NCBI RefSeq assembly: GCF_009914755.1
Contig: NC_060940.1
Strand: one strand, 5' to 3'
Length of the DNA: 64,000 nucleotides
Origin: the human T2T-CHM13v2.0 reference genome, Homo sapiens
Shown: one piece after another, positions 1 through 13,433 of the stretch
How the letters are laid out: each line of letters starts with the position of its first letter
Position numbering within the stretch: the first letter of the stretch is position 1
Position numbers and translations under genes: made by a program
The notes under the pieces: generated by a model
The model's database searches: none
Seen by the model: the letters and a program-made list of their open reading frames with translations, nothing else
Told to the model about the DNA's origin: nothing

Positions 1-779
1 CTGTTGCCAGGATGCTGTTAGGTGCCAAACATGGGGCATCAGTGAGGCCTGGGGAGTGAACAAGCAGGTGTCTCACCCCACAACTGTTTATTTACAGCTA
101 AGCACTAGGCTTCACCATAGCTTTAATTCTCCTCTTCAGCACAGGATATGGGCAGAGCTCACCTTTGCAGAGGCCTACAGTGATTGGGCAATAAGGAAAT
201 TTGTAGATGGGCCAGATGGAGACTCTGGAATCTGGGGATAAGGCACCACCACTTCTGGCCTCCTGTTCATAACTGCCAGGGGGAACAGAGGCCTGGCCTG
301 GTTTGCCAGATTTCTTTGTATAGAAAATTCAAATGTTAATATAAAATCTCCATAGCAGCAAATTGTCATTTTCAAATAGTGAGAGGGTCCAACAAAGCAT
401 GCCCACGTCAGTTTTGGCCCCCACACTGCCGCAGGTCAGAACCTCTGGTCTAGAGGCTGGAGTCTGAAATTATTTCCACTGGCTTTGACGAAGTCCTGCC
501 ATTTTTGCCGTATAGAATTCTTCCAGCACTGGCTTAATATCAATCCATCTTTGATGGTATTTCTCCAGGTTCTAGCCTACTCAGCCCATTACAATCATAG
601 AACCTGGAGTTCCCTTTAAAACTCTCTACCCACCACTGAAAGGAAGAAAAAATAGTCTCAGTTATTATTCCCAAGACTTTAATGTCACCATGAGAATATT
701 CTCCCTCCAGCCGCCTACTCAATGACACTCATTTATAGGTCTCTGATCTCTAAATCTCTCTCCTATTCCTCTTCCACAT

Positions 780-1230
780 AACACCAGTGGGAACTTTAGA
801 AAATTCAAATCTGATTGTATGATTCTTCTGTTCAAAACCCTTCAAAGACTCCCCATTGCCTTCCTGAAAAAGATCAGCCTCCTTAGAATGGTGGTTAAAG
901 TCCTACACGATCTGGCCGTAGGATGTCTCTTCCACTTTATCTCCTACCACCTCTAGCCTTGCAGTCTATAACAATGAGAAATGTTTATTTGAAAGCAACA
1001 GAAAATGTCTCTGAGTAACCGAAGCAGAGTAGGAAACCACTGTCTTCCAGCTCTAACCATCACCATCGTCAGTTGCCTGGATCTTAGCTTCTCCAATTGC
1101 CCAATTCAGTCTGTTTTCAATATAATAGAGAGATCATTTTAACCTTGAACCAATCTATGTTTCTCTCCTGCTTAAAACCTTCCAAGGACTTCCTATTTCA
1201 CCAAGAATAAAAATGAAATCTTTATCACGA
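780..1230 (+). mobile_element. L2 LINE fragments (two pieces)
   Basis: L2-type motifs 'tcaaaacccttcaaagactccccattgcc' (~833) and 'cttaaaaccttccaaggacttcctattt' (~1171); boundaries approximate. Confidence 0.6.
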
Positions 1231-1234
1231 TTTA

Positions 1235-1470
1235 CAATAACTAACATTTATTGAGTACTTACATACCAGACACTTTTCTAAGCACTTGAGCTTGACATAT
1301 CTTAATATGTCAAACCACTTTGTGGGGTAGGTTTTGTAAGTAGCCTCATTCAATGGATGAAAACACTGAGGCATCGAGAGGTCTGTTACTTTGACCAGCG
1401 GCTCATAGCTGGAAGGTAGTGAATTTGAAAAGATAGGCTGACTCCAGAGCCCAAGATTTCATCCACTAAA
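1235..1470 (-). mobile_element. MIR SINE
   Basis: Reverse MIR: 'taacatttattgagtactt...gatgaaaacactgaggc...ctgactccagagccc'. Confidence 0.75.
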
Positions 1471-2287
1471 CTGCACTCATATGCTGCCTGTTGTTTTCTG
1501 ACATCATGCCCTTTCACTCTGCTCCAGACTAACTAATCTCATTACTGTTCTTCAAATGTGTTGTGTTCATTTCAACCTCAGCGTCTTTGATCCTCCTATT
1601 TCTCTACCTAGAAATCCTTCCAGGCAACTCTATATGGCTCCTCCCTGGACTTTCTGTCTTGACTAGCACCTCTCCTCCTCTAAGAGGTTATCTCCCTAAA
1701 CCACATCCGTTTTCTCCAAAGCACTAAGTCAATGGAAAGGTGGGGAGGGGAGTAGTTTGAAAAGGGCAGGAACCAAAGAGCTTTGGGAGATCCTTGTGGT
1801 AGGTGCCAATGGAGTTACTCCAGGTTGCTCACTAGAATGAATTAGCTCTTTTAAGGTTTCCATCTTTAATAAGCGAAGTCCAAGGAGAGATAAATTCCTG
1901 TTGGCATACTCTTGATCATGTATCTCATTGTTGGCTAAGGTAGAGTGAGGCATCTTTTTTGACAACCAGGGCAACTGATACCTTGGTTCAAGTTGGAGAA
2001 AAATGCCCTTTCCCTGAAATAGGCACAGCTCTCCACCAGGATGCATGGTTGGTGAACAGAACCAGGGCAGGATTTCAGCCCTCAAATCAGCCTTGGTCAG
2101 TCATGTTTGTGCAGTGCTCAACCTGCACAACCACATGTGGCCACTTAGCTAGGACTGCTCACAGATGAGAAAGAGGTAATTCCCCTAATGGGAGCCAGGG
2201 ATATCACTAAAATAATAATAATAATAATAAAGATATATACTGAGTAGCAAAAAAAAAAGTCACTAATGAACAACAGATATTCTCAAC

Positions 2288-2465
2288 CAGTAGTTCTCAA
2301 TTCAGATTACTCACTAGAATCGCCTGATGAAATTTACATATATTCGGATTCTAAAGTCCTACCCAAAACCAAAGTAAATTAGTTCTGGAGGTGGCACCTA
2401 AGAATTAACACTTTAAAAAGCATTGCTAATGATTCCAATTTGCTGCCAAGTTTGAAAACCAACGC
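2288..2465. mobile_element. MER5-type hAT-Charlie MITE
   Basis: Termini 'cagtagttctcaa' and 'aagtttgaaaaccaacg'; ~180 bp with typical MER5 body. Confidence 0.7.
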
Positions 2466-2577
2466 TCTAAACTCTACCTCCACTGAATGCTGTAGTTTCT
2501 TAACTGGATTTTAGTATGTATTGTTTTCATGCCATTGTTCCGGCCATCATCATTCCCTAGAATGCTTACAAATGCTA

Positions 2578-2590
2578 CACATACACACAA

Positions 2591-2622
<32 letters not shown>

Positions 2623-2628
2623 ACCACA
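2578..2628. repeat. (CA)n microsatellite, imperfect
   Basis: Read directly. Confidence 0.95.
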
Positions 2629-3826
2629 CCTTTGTTGCGATAACTCCTGCTGACATCCTGAAGGAAGCTTACCTGACCTGCACTGCTCCACTCCCACTCT
2701 TCTTGATCACTGCACACTCCACAACTTACTGTCTGTCAAAATACCCATATATCCCTCCCTCTAAACTAGGAACTCTCTGAAAACAGGCTCTGGGCCAGAT
2801 TCACAATAGACCTAAAGATCTCACCCTAGAGACCTAATCCTGAAACCCATGGACTTGTGATTGTTGCCCTAACATCTCTCCATTTCCTGCCAACACCACA
2901 CCCCAGCCTGAGCTGATTCAAGGTTTTAGGTGTCCCATCAGCACCATGGTTTCTTCAATCCAGAATCCACATTTCTACTTGATTGTGAAAATCTGTGTTT
3001 CTCAGAAATCTTGATAGTTCAGACTCCCTGGATTTGTGTTCTGGGCTGCATTGGACTGCCTTTTGAACTTTATTTTTATTTTTTGCTTTTTTAAAATATC
3101 TTTTGCCCTTTGAATTAGTAAATGTGGACTAGTGCTTCTTTTTGCCTGCAATAAAGCCATCCACCCACTCTGTCTCAGTTAAAATTCCTGGGTCACCTCT
3201 TCACTTCACTCCTTTCTCTCCAGTGTTTTTCAACTTTCCCTGCAGCCTAAGCTATATCCTTAAAGAAAGAAAACAAAACCCTTTTACATTCTTCCTGCCT
3301 TTCATCTCCCTAAGACTCGGACTTCTGCTATCTGCCAGCCTCACTCTGCTTTCCCTGAGAAAAGCAGCCAGGACTTGAATTAGAAGGATGGTCCAAAGAA
3401 AGGATTTTGCCTGATGTATGCATGCAGTTTTTCCTTGATGTGCTAGAGACAAATGAGGGAAGGATTTCATACAGAGCTTCTGTCTCTGCTTGGTGTCAAC
3501 AGCTGCTCCTGAGTCAACAGAGCAATGGTGTGTATCTGGACTGAAGAGAACAAAGGTTGCTTAAATTGTTTTCCATCCCCTCTGAAACCAATAAGTGCTA
3601 CTCCACTGCTTAGCGCAATTGAGTTCCTGAACGGTGGTGCAGCAGGGTGTCAAATCAAATCTTAATTCTGTCAAATGCTGGCTTGATGAGCTTACAGAAG
3701 CAGGTGCAAGGCCAATAGGGGAGAGGTCAGGGGGTCCTATTCCAACTGGCTATGCCAGGGGCCCCAGTGAGACACTCTTCTCCAGGAGAAAGGACAGCCA
3801 TTCCACTAAATATTTGAGATCTTAGA

Positions 3827-3963
3827 GATACTTTCCAGTGGGTTTAATATGGCCGTGAGCCAAAGCACATGCCACATCTGACTTTATGATAAAGTTCAAC
3901 AAGACAGGTAGGAATCAAAACACATGGGGTTGATGAAATGTTAAAAGGAGGGAGGGATGGATG
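3827..3963 (+). repeat. Inverted duplication, arm 1 (137 bp)
   Basis: Reverse complement of 4442-4578; 127/137 identical by manual alignment, no gaps. Confidence 0.95.
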
Positions 3964-4196
3964 GTCATGAAATGGTTACTGAGGGTTACACCCTAGAGAG
4001 ATATCAGTGAATAAGATCAAAGATCCCTGCATTTAAGGGGCTGGCGTTCTAGGCGTCGTCTCCCTCCAATTCACTCTAGAGAAGCACAACTCTTGAAAGA
4101 TGAAAAGCTTTCAAGAGATACCAAAGGACAAAAGATAAAAGGACAGATCCCATTCTCTCAGAGGTATTGAAAAATCCAGCCTTTCTGGCAGACTGA

Positions 4197-4420
4197 TTTT
4201 TTTTTTTTGTTGTTTGAGACAGGGTCTCAGTCTGTTGCCCAGGCTGGATTGCAGTACAATCTCCATCTCCCAGGCTCAAGCGATTATCCTGTTTCAGCCT
4301 CCTGAGTAGCTGGGGTTACAGGCGTGTGCCACCATTCTCAGCTAATTTGTGTATCTTTAGTAGAGTTGGGGTTTTGCCATGTTGGCCAGGATGGTCTTGA
4401 ACTCCTGACCTCAAATGATC
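4197..4420 (-). mobile_element. AluJ-type SINE, 5'-truncated with internal deletion
   Basis: Poly-T, 'gagacagggtctc' and 'ggctcaagcgat' (J diagnostics); stops abruptly at 'ctcaaatgatc'. Confidence 0.9.
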
Positions 4421-4441
4421 AAAACCCCACATGACACTGGG

Positions 4442-5065
<624 letters not shown>

Positions 5066-5134
5066 GTATTCTTTTTACAGATTTATTAAATTAGAATAGA
5101 CATACTATAGCTGTGTTATTTAAAATGTATTATT

Positions 5135-5437
5135 GGCCCGGAGTGGTGGGTAATGCCTGTAATCCCAGCACTTTGGGAGGCCAAGGCAGGTGGATTATTT
5201 GAGGTCAGGAGTTGGAGACCAGCCTGGCCAACATGATGAAACCCAGTCTGTACTAAAAATACAAAATTTAACTGGCATGGTGGCGCACACTGTAATTTCA
5301 GCTACTCGGAAGGCTGAGGCAGGAGAATCGCATGACCCAGGAGGTGGAGGTTGCAGTGAGCTGAGATTGTGCCACTGCACTCCAGCCTGGGTGACAGAGT
5401 GAGACTCCATCTCAAAAAATAAATAAATATAAATAAA
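5135..5437 (+). mobile_element. AluS (Sx-like) SINE
   Basis: Full dimer, A-rich tail, degenerate TSD aaatgtattat/aagtgtataat. Confidence 0.95.
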
Positions 5438-6485
5438 GTGTATAATGACGTGACTTTGAATATATGCATATACCAGTAAAACCATCACCGTAATCAAGTT
5501 AATGAACATAAACATCATCTTTGAAGGTTTTCTTGAGTCATTTTGTAATCCCTACCATTCCCGAGCAGCCTGTTTTGTCACTATAGTATAATCTGCATTT
5601 TCTATAATTTTATAGCATGCACTCTTTTTTTTATTTTTGATCTGGCATCTTTAGCGCAGGATAAGTATTTTAAGTGTTCTCCATGTTGTTGTGTGTTTCA
5701 CAGGTTCATGCCTTGATCACGGTCAAGTCTTTTTGTGGCATTGGCCTTTATTTATCTTGGGGAAATACCTGGGGATGGAATAATTGGGTCATATGATAAA
5801 TGTACATTTATCTTTTAATGGAACTGGCAAATTGTTTTTCATAAGCATTGCATGTCATATGACTTTATATCCTTACCCTTCGTGTATGAATTCTGCTTGC
5901 TCCACATCACCTGATATGGCTAGTCTTTTTATTTTAATTTTAGCTATTCCAGCGGTTGTATCTCATTACAGTTTTGATTTTAGTTTCCATAATGACTAAC
6001 GATGAGGATATTTTCATGTGTTTATTTGGCATCCACATATCTTCTTCGGTGAACTATCTGCCAAATCTTTTGCCCATTACTTTACCGGATTGTTTGTTTT
6101 TTTTGGTATTGAATTCTGAGACTTCTTTATCAGAGCTAGATACAGGTCTTTTGTCAAATATATGCTTTGCAAATATTTCCTGCCAGTTTGTCATTTGCCT
6201 TTTGATTTTTGTTTTTGAAGAACAAAAAATTTTAATTTTAATAAAATCCAATTTATTGGTATTGCTTCTTTTATACTTTTTGGTGTTTGTGTTTTATTTA
6301 GGAAGTCTTTGCCAAACTTAAGGTCACTGAGATTTTCTTCCATGATTTATTCTAGAAGTTTTAGATTTTATCTCTTACATTTAAATCCATAACCCATTTT
6401 GAGTTATGTTTTATATATTGTATGATGTAAGTGTTGAGGTTCTTTCTTTCTTACTTTTTCTCCCCATTTCTTCCTTCTTTCCTAA

Positions 6486-6973
<488 letters not shown>

Positions 6974-7919
6974 AGATTCCTCTAGCTTAAAACTAAGTCT
7001 TGAAATCAGATATTATAAGCTATCCAACTCTGTTCCTCAAACTTGTTTTGGCTATTGTAAGCCCTTTGCATTTCCATATAAATTTTAGAATCAGCTTGTA
7101 AAGTACCACAAAAAATAGCCTGCTGGAATTTTTATTTGAGTTTGAGGCGAATAGGCAACTTCTTAATAATACTGAATTTTCTGCTCTACGAACACAGTAT
7201 ATCTTTCTAATTTTGTAGGTCTCTTTAATTTATACTGTCTATCTATATAATCTTCAGTGTACAGGCATTGTATATTTTTATCAAAATTATCCCTATGTAT
7301 TTCTGTCTTTAAATTTTCAGTAACTTATAGCATATAAAAATAACATAAATCTTATATCTGTACATTTACAACACTCCTTTGAATCCATCTATTGATGTGG
7401 GTCCTTTGTAAGTCTTCATTTTCTGGTTTTGCTCAATTGCTCTGTTGAGCATTCTCATCTCTGTCTCTACTTGCCATGGTCTCAGTCCTTTTACTGGCCC
7501 TTTGCATGGCATTCTTATTCCCATTTTTCATGGCCTCATCATAAAAGCCCAGCTCATCCTGAACTTGTCACTTGGAACTTGCTCTGACCACTGATTTATA
7601 AACACCTAGTGCTGACTCCCACCCAAAGCACATAGAAATTTACTTTGCTCTTTCAAGAGGGACAAGCTCATCTGCAGCAGATACATTGGTTTAGCTCAAC
7701 CTCTGCCCATACCTGATCATTCATCTATTCCCTAGACATTTGCAGTCCAACAGTTTTTTTTTAACCTGGTTCCCAGATTATCCCAGGTATGAAGCATAGT
7801 TTGTGACGCCCTGGATTTTGTCAGAATAAAAAAAAAATTGGAATTCTTCCACATTCTCTATGACAATGATTGTGGGGAGGGCTTCCTGGTGTAATATAAG
7901 TCATAGAAGCGACAAATCA

Positions 7920-9896
7920 AAGACCATTCAATATTACAAATATCCAGTTAGAAATAAGTGGGAGGAGGGAGGCCCATTCACAATAGTCATAAAACCTATA
8001 AAATATCTATGAATAAATTTAGCAAGCATGGTACTTATCTGAATAAAACTATAAAATTTTATTAAAGAGCATAAAACGTGATCTGAATTAATGGAGAGAC
8101 ATAGCATGCTACCGAATGGGATGACTTTGTATCATAAATTATCTACTCTTTCCAGTCTAATAAAACTATTTACCAACATTTCTATCAGAATTCTTACATT
8201 TTATACTTTTAATATTTTCTTTTTCTCTTGAATAATTTTTAGAGAAATGGAACAAAATAAGATCATTAAAGAACAAATTTGGAATGATTTCCATACAATT
8301 TTTGGAAAAGAAGAATGATGGGGAAGGAATTGTCCTACCACCCATATAAAAACATACTCTGAAGATGCTCTAGTCAAAACAGTATTGTTATTAAAATAGA
8401 GAGATAACAGATATTACAGTAAAAAGCAATAGAGTATGCAGAAATACATCCTTGTATATAAATAAACATATGACAAATGTAACATTTCAATTTAAATTAG
8501 AAATGAAAGGTTCATTTAATAAAAGTTTCTAGCATAATAGGCCACCCATCTGGGAAGACACAAAGCTAAATTCTTCCTATAAAAAACACAAAGAATGAAC
8601 TCAAAGTGCTGAAAATTTTAAAATTAAAATAATACATAATAAAGTATGAATACACACTTACTGACAATATTTATCAGATTTCAGATTGAAGAAGCACTTC
8701 TTAAATAACAAAGAGCACTTCAGAAACCACCAACGTGACTATTAGAAAATAAATGAAGGTAAAGGATAGTAGTATAAAATCAAAAGACAAATAAGAGACT
8801 GGAAAAATAGAAATTTGAGGCATTGCAAATAAAAGTTAATGTTTATATCAGATGATTCAGAAATGTTAAGGAAAAAGTTAAGCACCTCTTTGAGAAATCA
8901 CGAACAAAGAATATCAACAGAGTATTTGTAAAGATGCTGGTAACTGCTCTATAACATCTGAATATCCATAGCTGAATACATTAAGTTTCTGTATCCCTTC
9001 TAGGAAGACTAAAATAGATCTTCTTATGTAGTAGGTGATCATTAATATACATTCCCATACTCTTTCCTATTTTAGCTCTGCCCTTCTCCAGGAGTTCAGA
9101 GTCCTCTGAATTAAGTTGGCACTTGGGAGACAGAAATAAAAATCACAGATGGGAGGATTTGAGGGGATAGGTCTGAGAGTAAAGAAGCCCATGACTTTTG
9201 TTTGCATTACATTGGACAGAAATCAGTCACATGATCATACTCTCCTGAAAAGGAGGCTGGGAAGTGTAGTTCTGTTAACATGCTCAAGAAGAGGAAATGG
9301 GATTTGATGACCCACTGGAAGACTCTGCTATAATTTGGCAATTCAGAGGAGCAGATATCAGTGACCAATAAACATACAGTAGGAGGCTCAAAATTAGTAT
9401 TCAGGAAAAGAAAATTAAAATGTCACCTCTTATTCAACAAACTGGAAAAAAATTAAAAGTGATAACACAAATTTGGCAAGGAGATAAAGGAAAGGGATAC
9501 TTTATGTATTTCTAGTAGAAATAAGAAATGCTATAGCCTTTTAGGAAAGCAGTCTGATAATATTGATTGCATTTTTTAAAATCACATATATCTTCAAACT
9601 TGGAAATCCTACTTCAGGTATCTATCCATAAAAACAAATGCACAAGTAAATAAAAATATGTAGGCAGAGATATCCTTGCAGCATGTTTAAAATGACAAAA
9701 AACAAAAGCCAGAAACATCCTGAATGCTCATAAATAAATAAGGAGTTGAACAAATCACAGTATGTTCACTCCTCGAAATACTATGCAGTTGTAACAAAAG
9801 ACTGAATTAGATTTACACATGTTATCCTAGAGATATGCTTACAAGGTATTGTTAAGTGAGAAAAGCAAGGTACAAGAACTAGTTTTGGTATGGCGT
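7920..9896 (+). mobile_element. Highly diverged L1ME-type ORF2/3' region, interrupted by an MLT-like LTR (~8935-9330)
   Basis: Degenerate L1 ORF2 motifs ('cccattcacaatag', 'aatggagagacatagcatgct'); MLT-like 'cattggacagaaatcagtcacatg...ggaggctgggaagtgtagtt'. Confidence 0.6.
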
Positions 9897-9924
9897 AATT
9901 TTGCATAGCAAATTTTGCACAACA

Positions 9925-10950
9925 AATTCTGCACAGCAAAAAATAACTATCAACAAAGTAAACAGACAACCTACAGAATGACAGGAAATTTCTGCAATGT
10001 ATTCACCTGACAAGGGTCTAATATCCAGCATCTATAAGGAACTTAAAGAAATTTACAAGAGAAAAACAACCCCATTAAAAGTGGGCAAAGGATATGAACA
10101 GACACTTTTCAAATGAAGACATACATGCTGCCAACAAGCATATAAAAATGGTCAACATTTTTAATCATTAGAGAAATGCAAATCAAAACCACAATGAGAT
10201 ATCATCTCATACCGGTCATGATGGTTATTAAGACGTCAAACAATAATAGATGCTGGCAAGGCTGTGGAGAAAAGGGAATGCTTCTACACTGCTGGTGGAA
10301 ATGTAAATTAGTTCAGCCATTTTGGAAAGCATTCGCAGTGATTACTCAAAGAACTTAAAACAGAACTACATTAGCTCCAGCAATCCTGCTATTGGGTATA
10401 TAACCAAAGAAATATAAATCACTCTGCCATAAAGCCATATGCACATTGTTCATGTATGAACAATATATGTTCATTGCAGCACTATTCACCATAGCAAAGA
10501 CATGCAATCAACCTAAATGCCAGTCAATGACAGACCAGATAAAGGAAATGTGTACACATATGCCATGGAATACTACACAGCCATAAAAAAGAAAGAGATC
10601 ATATCCTTTGAAGCAACATGAATGGAGCTGGAGTCCATTATCCTCAGCAAACTAATGCAGGAACTGAAAACCAAATAACACATGTTGTCACTTAAGAGAG
10701 TATCTCTTTCCTTTATGTCCTTAAGTGGGAGGTAAACACTGAATACACGTGGACACAAAGAAGGGAACAATAGACACCAGGGTGGAGGGAGGGTGAGGAT
10801 TGAAAAATTGCTGTCAGGTACTATGCCTATTACCTGGGTGACAAAATAATTTGTATAACAACCAAAACCCCACAACACACAATTTACGTATAAAACAAAC
10901 CTGCACATGTACCCAGAAAATAAATTAAAACTTAAAAATAAATAAATGAA
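9925..10950 (+). mobile_element. L1PA15/16-like 3' fragment
   Basis: ORF 10176..10358 ([11 protein letters not shown]...CWQGCGEKG...[11 protein letters not shown]) matches the ORF2 C-terminal region; primate L1 3'UTR and A tail. Confidence 0.9.
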
Positions 10951-12910
10951 ATGAAAAACCAGAAAATGCTAAGAATTCTGGGGTTAGACAGATTTGGATT
11001 GGACTCAAATCCTGGCTCTTAACATATGTAAATCACCTGTGGTTGTGGTAAGAATTAAGTGAAGTATGTTTCCGAATGATTTATCACAAAAATACGTTAT
11101 TTGTTTATGGATTTATATGTGATTGTCAGAGTATGGGTTGTGAACAACGGGTTCTAGGGGTAGAGGTGACAAAGGTGCTGCAAACAAATTGTAGGATAAA
11201 ATAAATATCATGACTTTTTAAAGCATGAAGTAAATAATTCATCCATGTATTAACTCATGCTATTTATTGAGACAAATATCTAGCTGGGCCCTGGTGATAG
11301 AGTAGTGATCTGGACAGATAAAATTTGTATTTCAGGGAGCTTGCAGTCTGTCCAATGTGATCTTAGGTGTGGATAAATAGGCAAATGTAAATGCTTTAGT
11401 GGGAAAATAAGAGAAGAGGAGCAGAAATGGGGAATCAACATCTATGTTCACTATCAGTACCTAGATATATTGGCTTGTCCAAGGTGCATAGCCACTTCTT
11501 GTCTTAATTCTTCCATCTTTAACTAATGATCCCTAACTTACAGGGATGTTGTAAGGAATGAATAAAATAGTACATATAAATTGAACTTCACAGTGCTGAA
11601 AATAGGATCTTGGTAAAATAAAGTACCTTTGACTTTCTCTCCTTAAATCAGTATCCCGTGTCCTCACTCCAATGTGAGTCAGGCTGGAATGGCTAGAAGA
11701 GAAGCATTTTCCCAAGTCTGCAACCATTTTCTTCTCATGCTTTACTCACTGAGAATAAATAAGATACCCTCAGCTACTGAAAAGTACTAATCAATACGTG
11801 CTTCCTAATGGGTTCTGTGCTCTCAGGGATGCAGAAAGCCTTTGTGTCTGGGACTTGGAAAACGCTGAGTGGTGCTGAGGTGCCTGGATAGCACTTACCG
11901 TGAACGAGATCTCAGCAGGTCATTAAGTCACATCTAAAGATCTCCAAGATCAAGCCTGTCATGGCTCTTGTTTTAGTGTCCACTTTAATTTATTAATTAT
12001 GAAAAATTAACGGCAGAATCCTGAGGTAGTTTACTAAGAATTATAGTGAAAGTCTGATTTTATAGTGATCATTTTCCCTCTTATTGGGACAGCATCTTGG
12101 TCTAATTTTGGGAAGCCACTTCCTCCCCCTTCTTCCATCCGGTGGTTTTAGTGGCGATGACTGCAACCCCAACCACAGGGCTGGTGAACTGAGGCCTGGC
12201 AAGACAGAGTGCTAGATCTACAGGGAAGTATTTGTTGGTTGTGACTGAACAGAAATTAACTTCTTGACTTTCATTGCTCCTATTATGAAAGAGAAGGATT
12301 CTCTTAATTAGAATGTCCTGGAGTTTCCAGGGTCTACCCTGTAAAGAGAAAGTTATCTGGGCTTTTATGCCAAAATCTCTCAATTTTTTTTAACAGTTGC
12401 AGTTAATTCAGTTTTTAAAAACAACACTACAGGATTCTTACAACCAAGTGGGGTGAGAGGGGTGAGGCAGGGATGCTTCTAGACTAGCCCTCACATGAAG
12501 TCTTCATCCATAGTTGTCTGAGCAGGACATACAGAGACAACTGCCGAACATTTTGATCCATCCATCCTCAAAGGTTGAAGCATCTCCCCAAGTCTGCATC
12601 CATGCCCTTCTCATGGTTTACCCTCTAAGAGTGAATGAGATAGCCTCTGCTACTGAACACTGCTAGCCAATAGGTGCATCATAATGGGAAGATAATTTTC
12701 TTTCCGCTCATTCAACAAGTAAAACAGCAGTGTTTACAACTTCAAATCGGATTTGAATCCTCTCTCAGTTGCTTACTAGCTGTGCAATGGTGATAATAAT
12801 GGTCTCTACTTCCCAGGGATGTTTCTTAAGAAGTTTAGGTGAGATAGTTGGCCATAAGGACTCCCCTGGTAGTCTCCTTCAGGAGGAAAGGCCAATACAG
12901 AAAGAAGCCC

Positions 12911-13255
12911 TCCAGCATCCGCATCCAGCATCCGCATCCAGCATCCATAACCAGCATCCACATCCACCATCCGCATCTAGCATCCGCATCTATCATTCGC
13001 ATCCAGCATCCAACATCCGCATCCAGCATCCAGCATCCAGCATCCGCATCCAGCATCCAGCATCCGCATCCAGCATCCAGCATCCAGCGTCTGCATCCAA
13101 TATCCAGCATCCAGCATCCACGTCCAGCATCCGCATCCAGCATCCAGCATCTGCATCCAGCAGCCAGCAGCCAGCATCCAGCAGCCAGCAGCCAGCATAC
13201 GCATCCAGCAACCGCATCCAGCATCCAACATCCAGCATCTGCATCCAGCATCCAG
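12911..13255. repeat. Tandem array of CAGCATC (7-mer) with CGCATC (6-mer) and CAGCAGC variants
   Basis: Read directly; ~345 bp; exact 20-bp higher-order unit at 13031-13050 and 13051-13070. Confidence 0.97.
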
Positions 13256-13411
13256 GACAATGCTGCAGGTCCATTGTTATACTTTTCCTGGAGCAGATTT
13301 CAAATCTCTGGCTCCCTTCCCAACCAGAACACAGTGTGTGTTCTTCCTCCTGTGTCCTCTGTATGGGCAAGAATTGGAACAATTGTTCTCTGCCCATGGA
13401 ACCTTTCTTGG

Positions 13412-13433
13412 AAAAAAAAAAAAAAAAAAAAAA
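13412..13433 (+). repeat. Poly(A)22 tract
   Basis: Read directly. Confidence 0.95.

Noticed and set aside
2850-3210. Possible ancient LTR ending after AATAAA at ~3150
   Set aside because: I could not identify termini, TSD or family with confidence
12911-13255. CRISPR-like or SVA VNTR interpretation of the array
   Set aside because: No unique spacers or cas genes in this primate DNA; no CCCTCT hexamer, Alu-like or SINE-R parts
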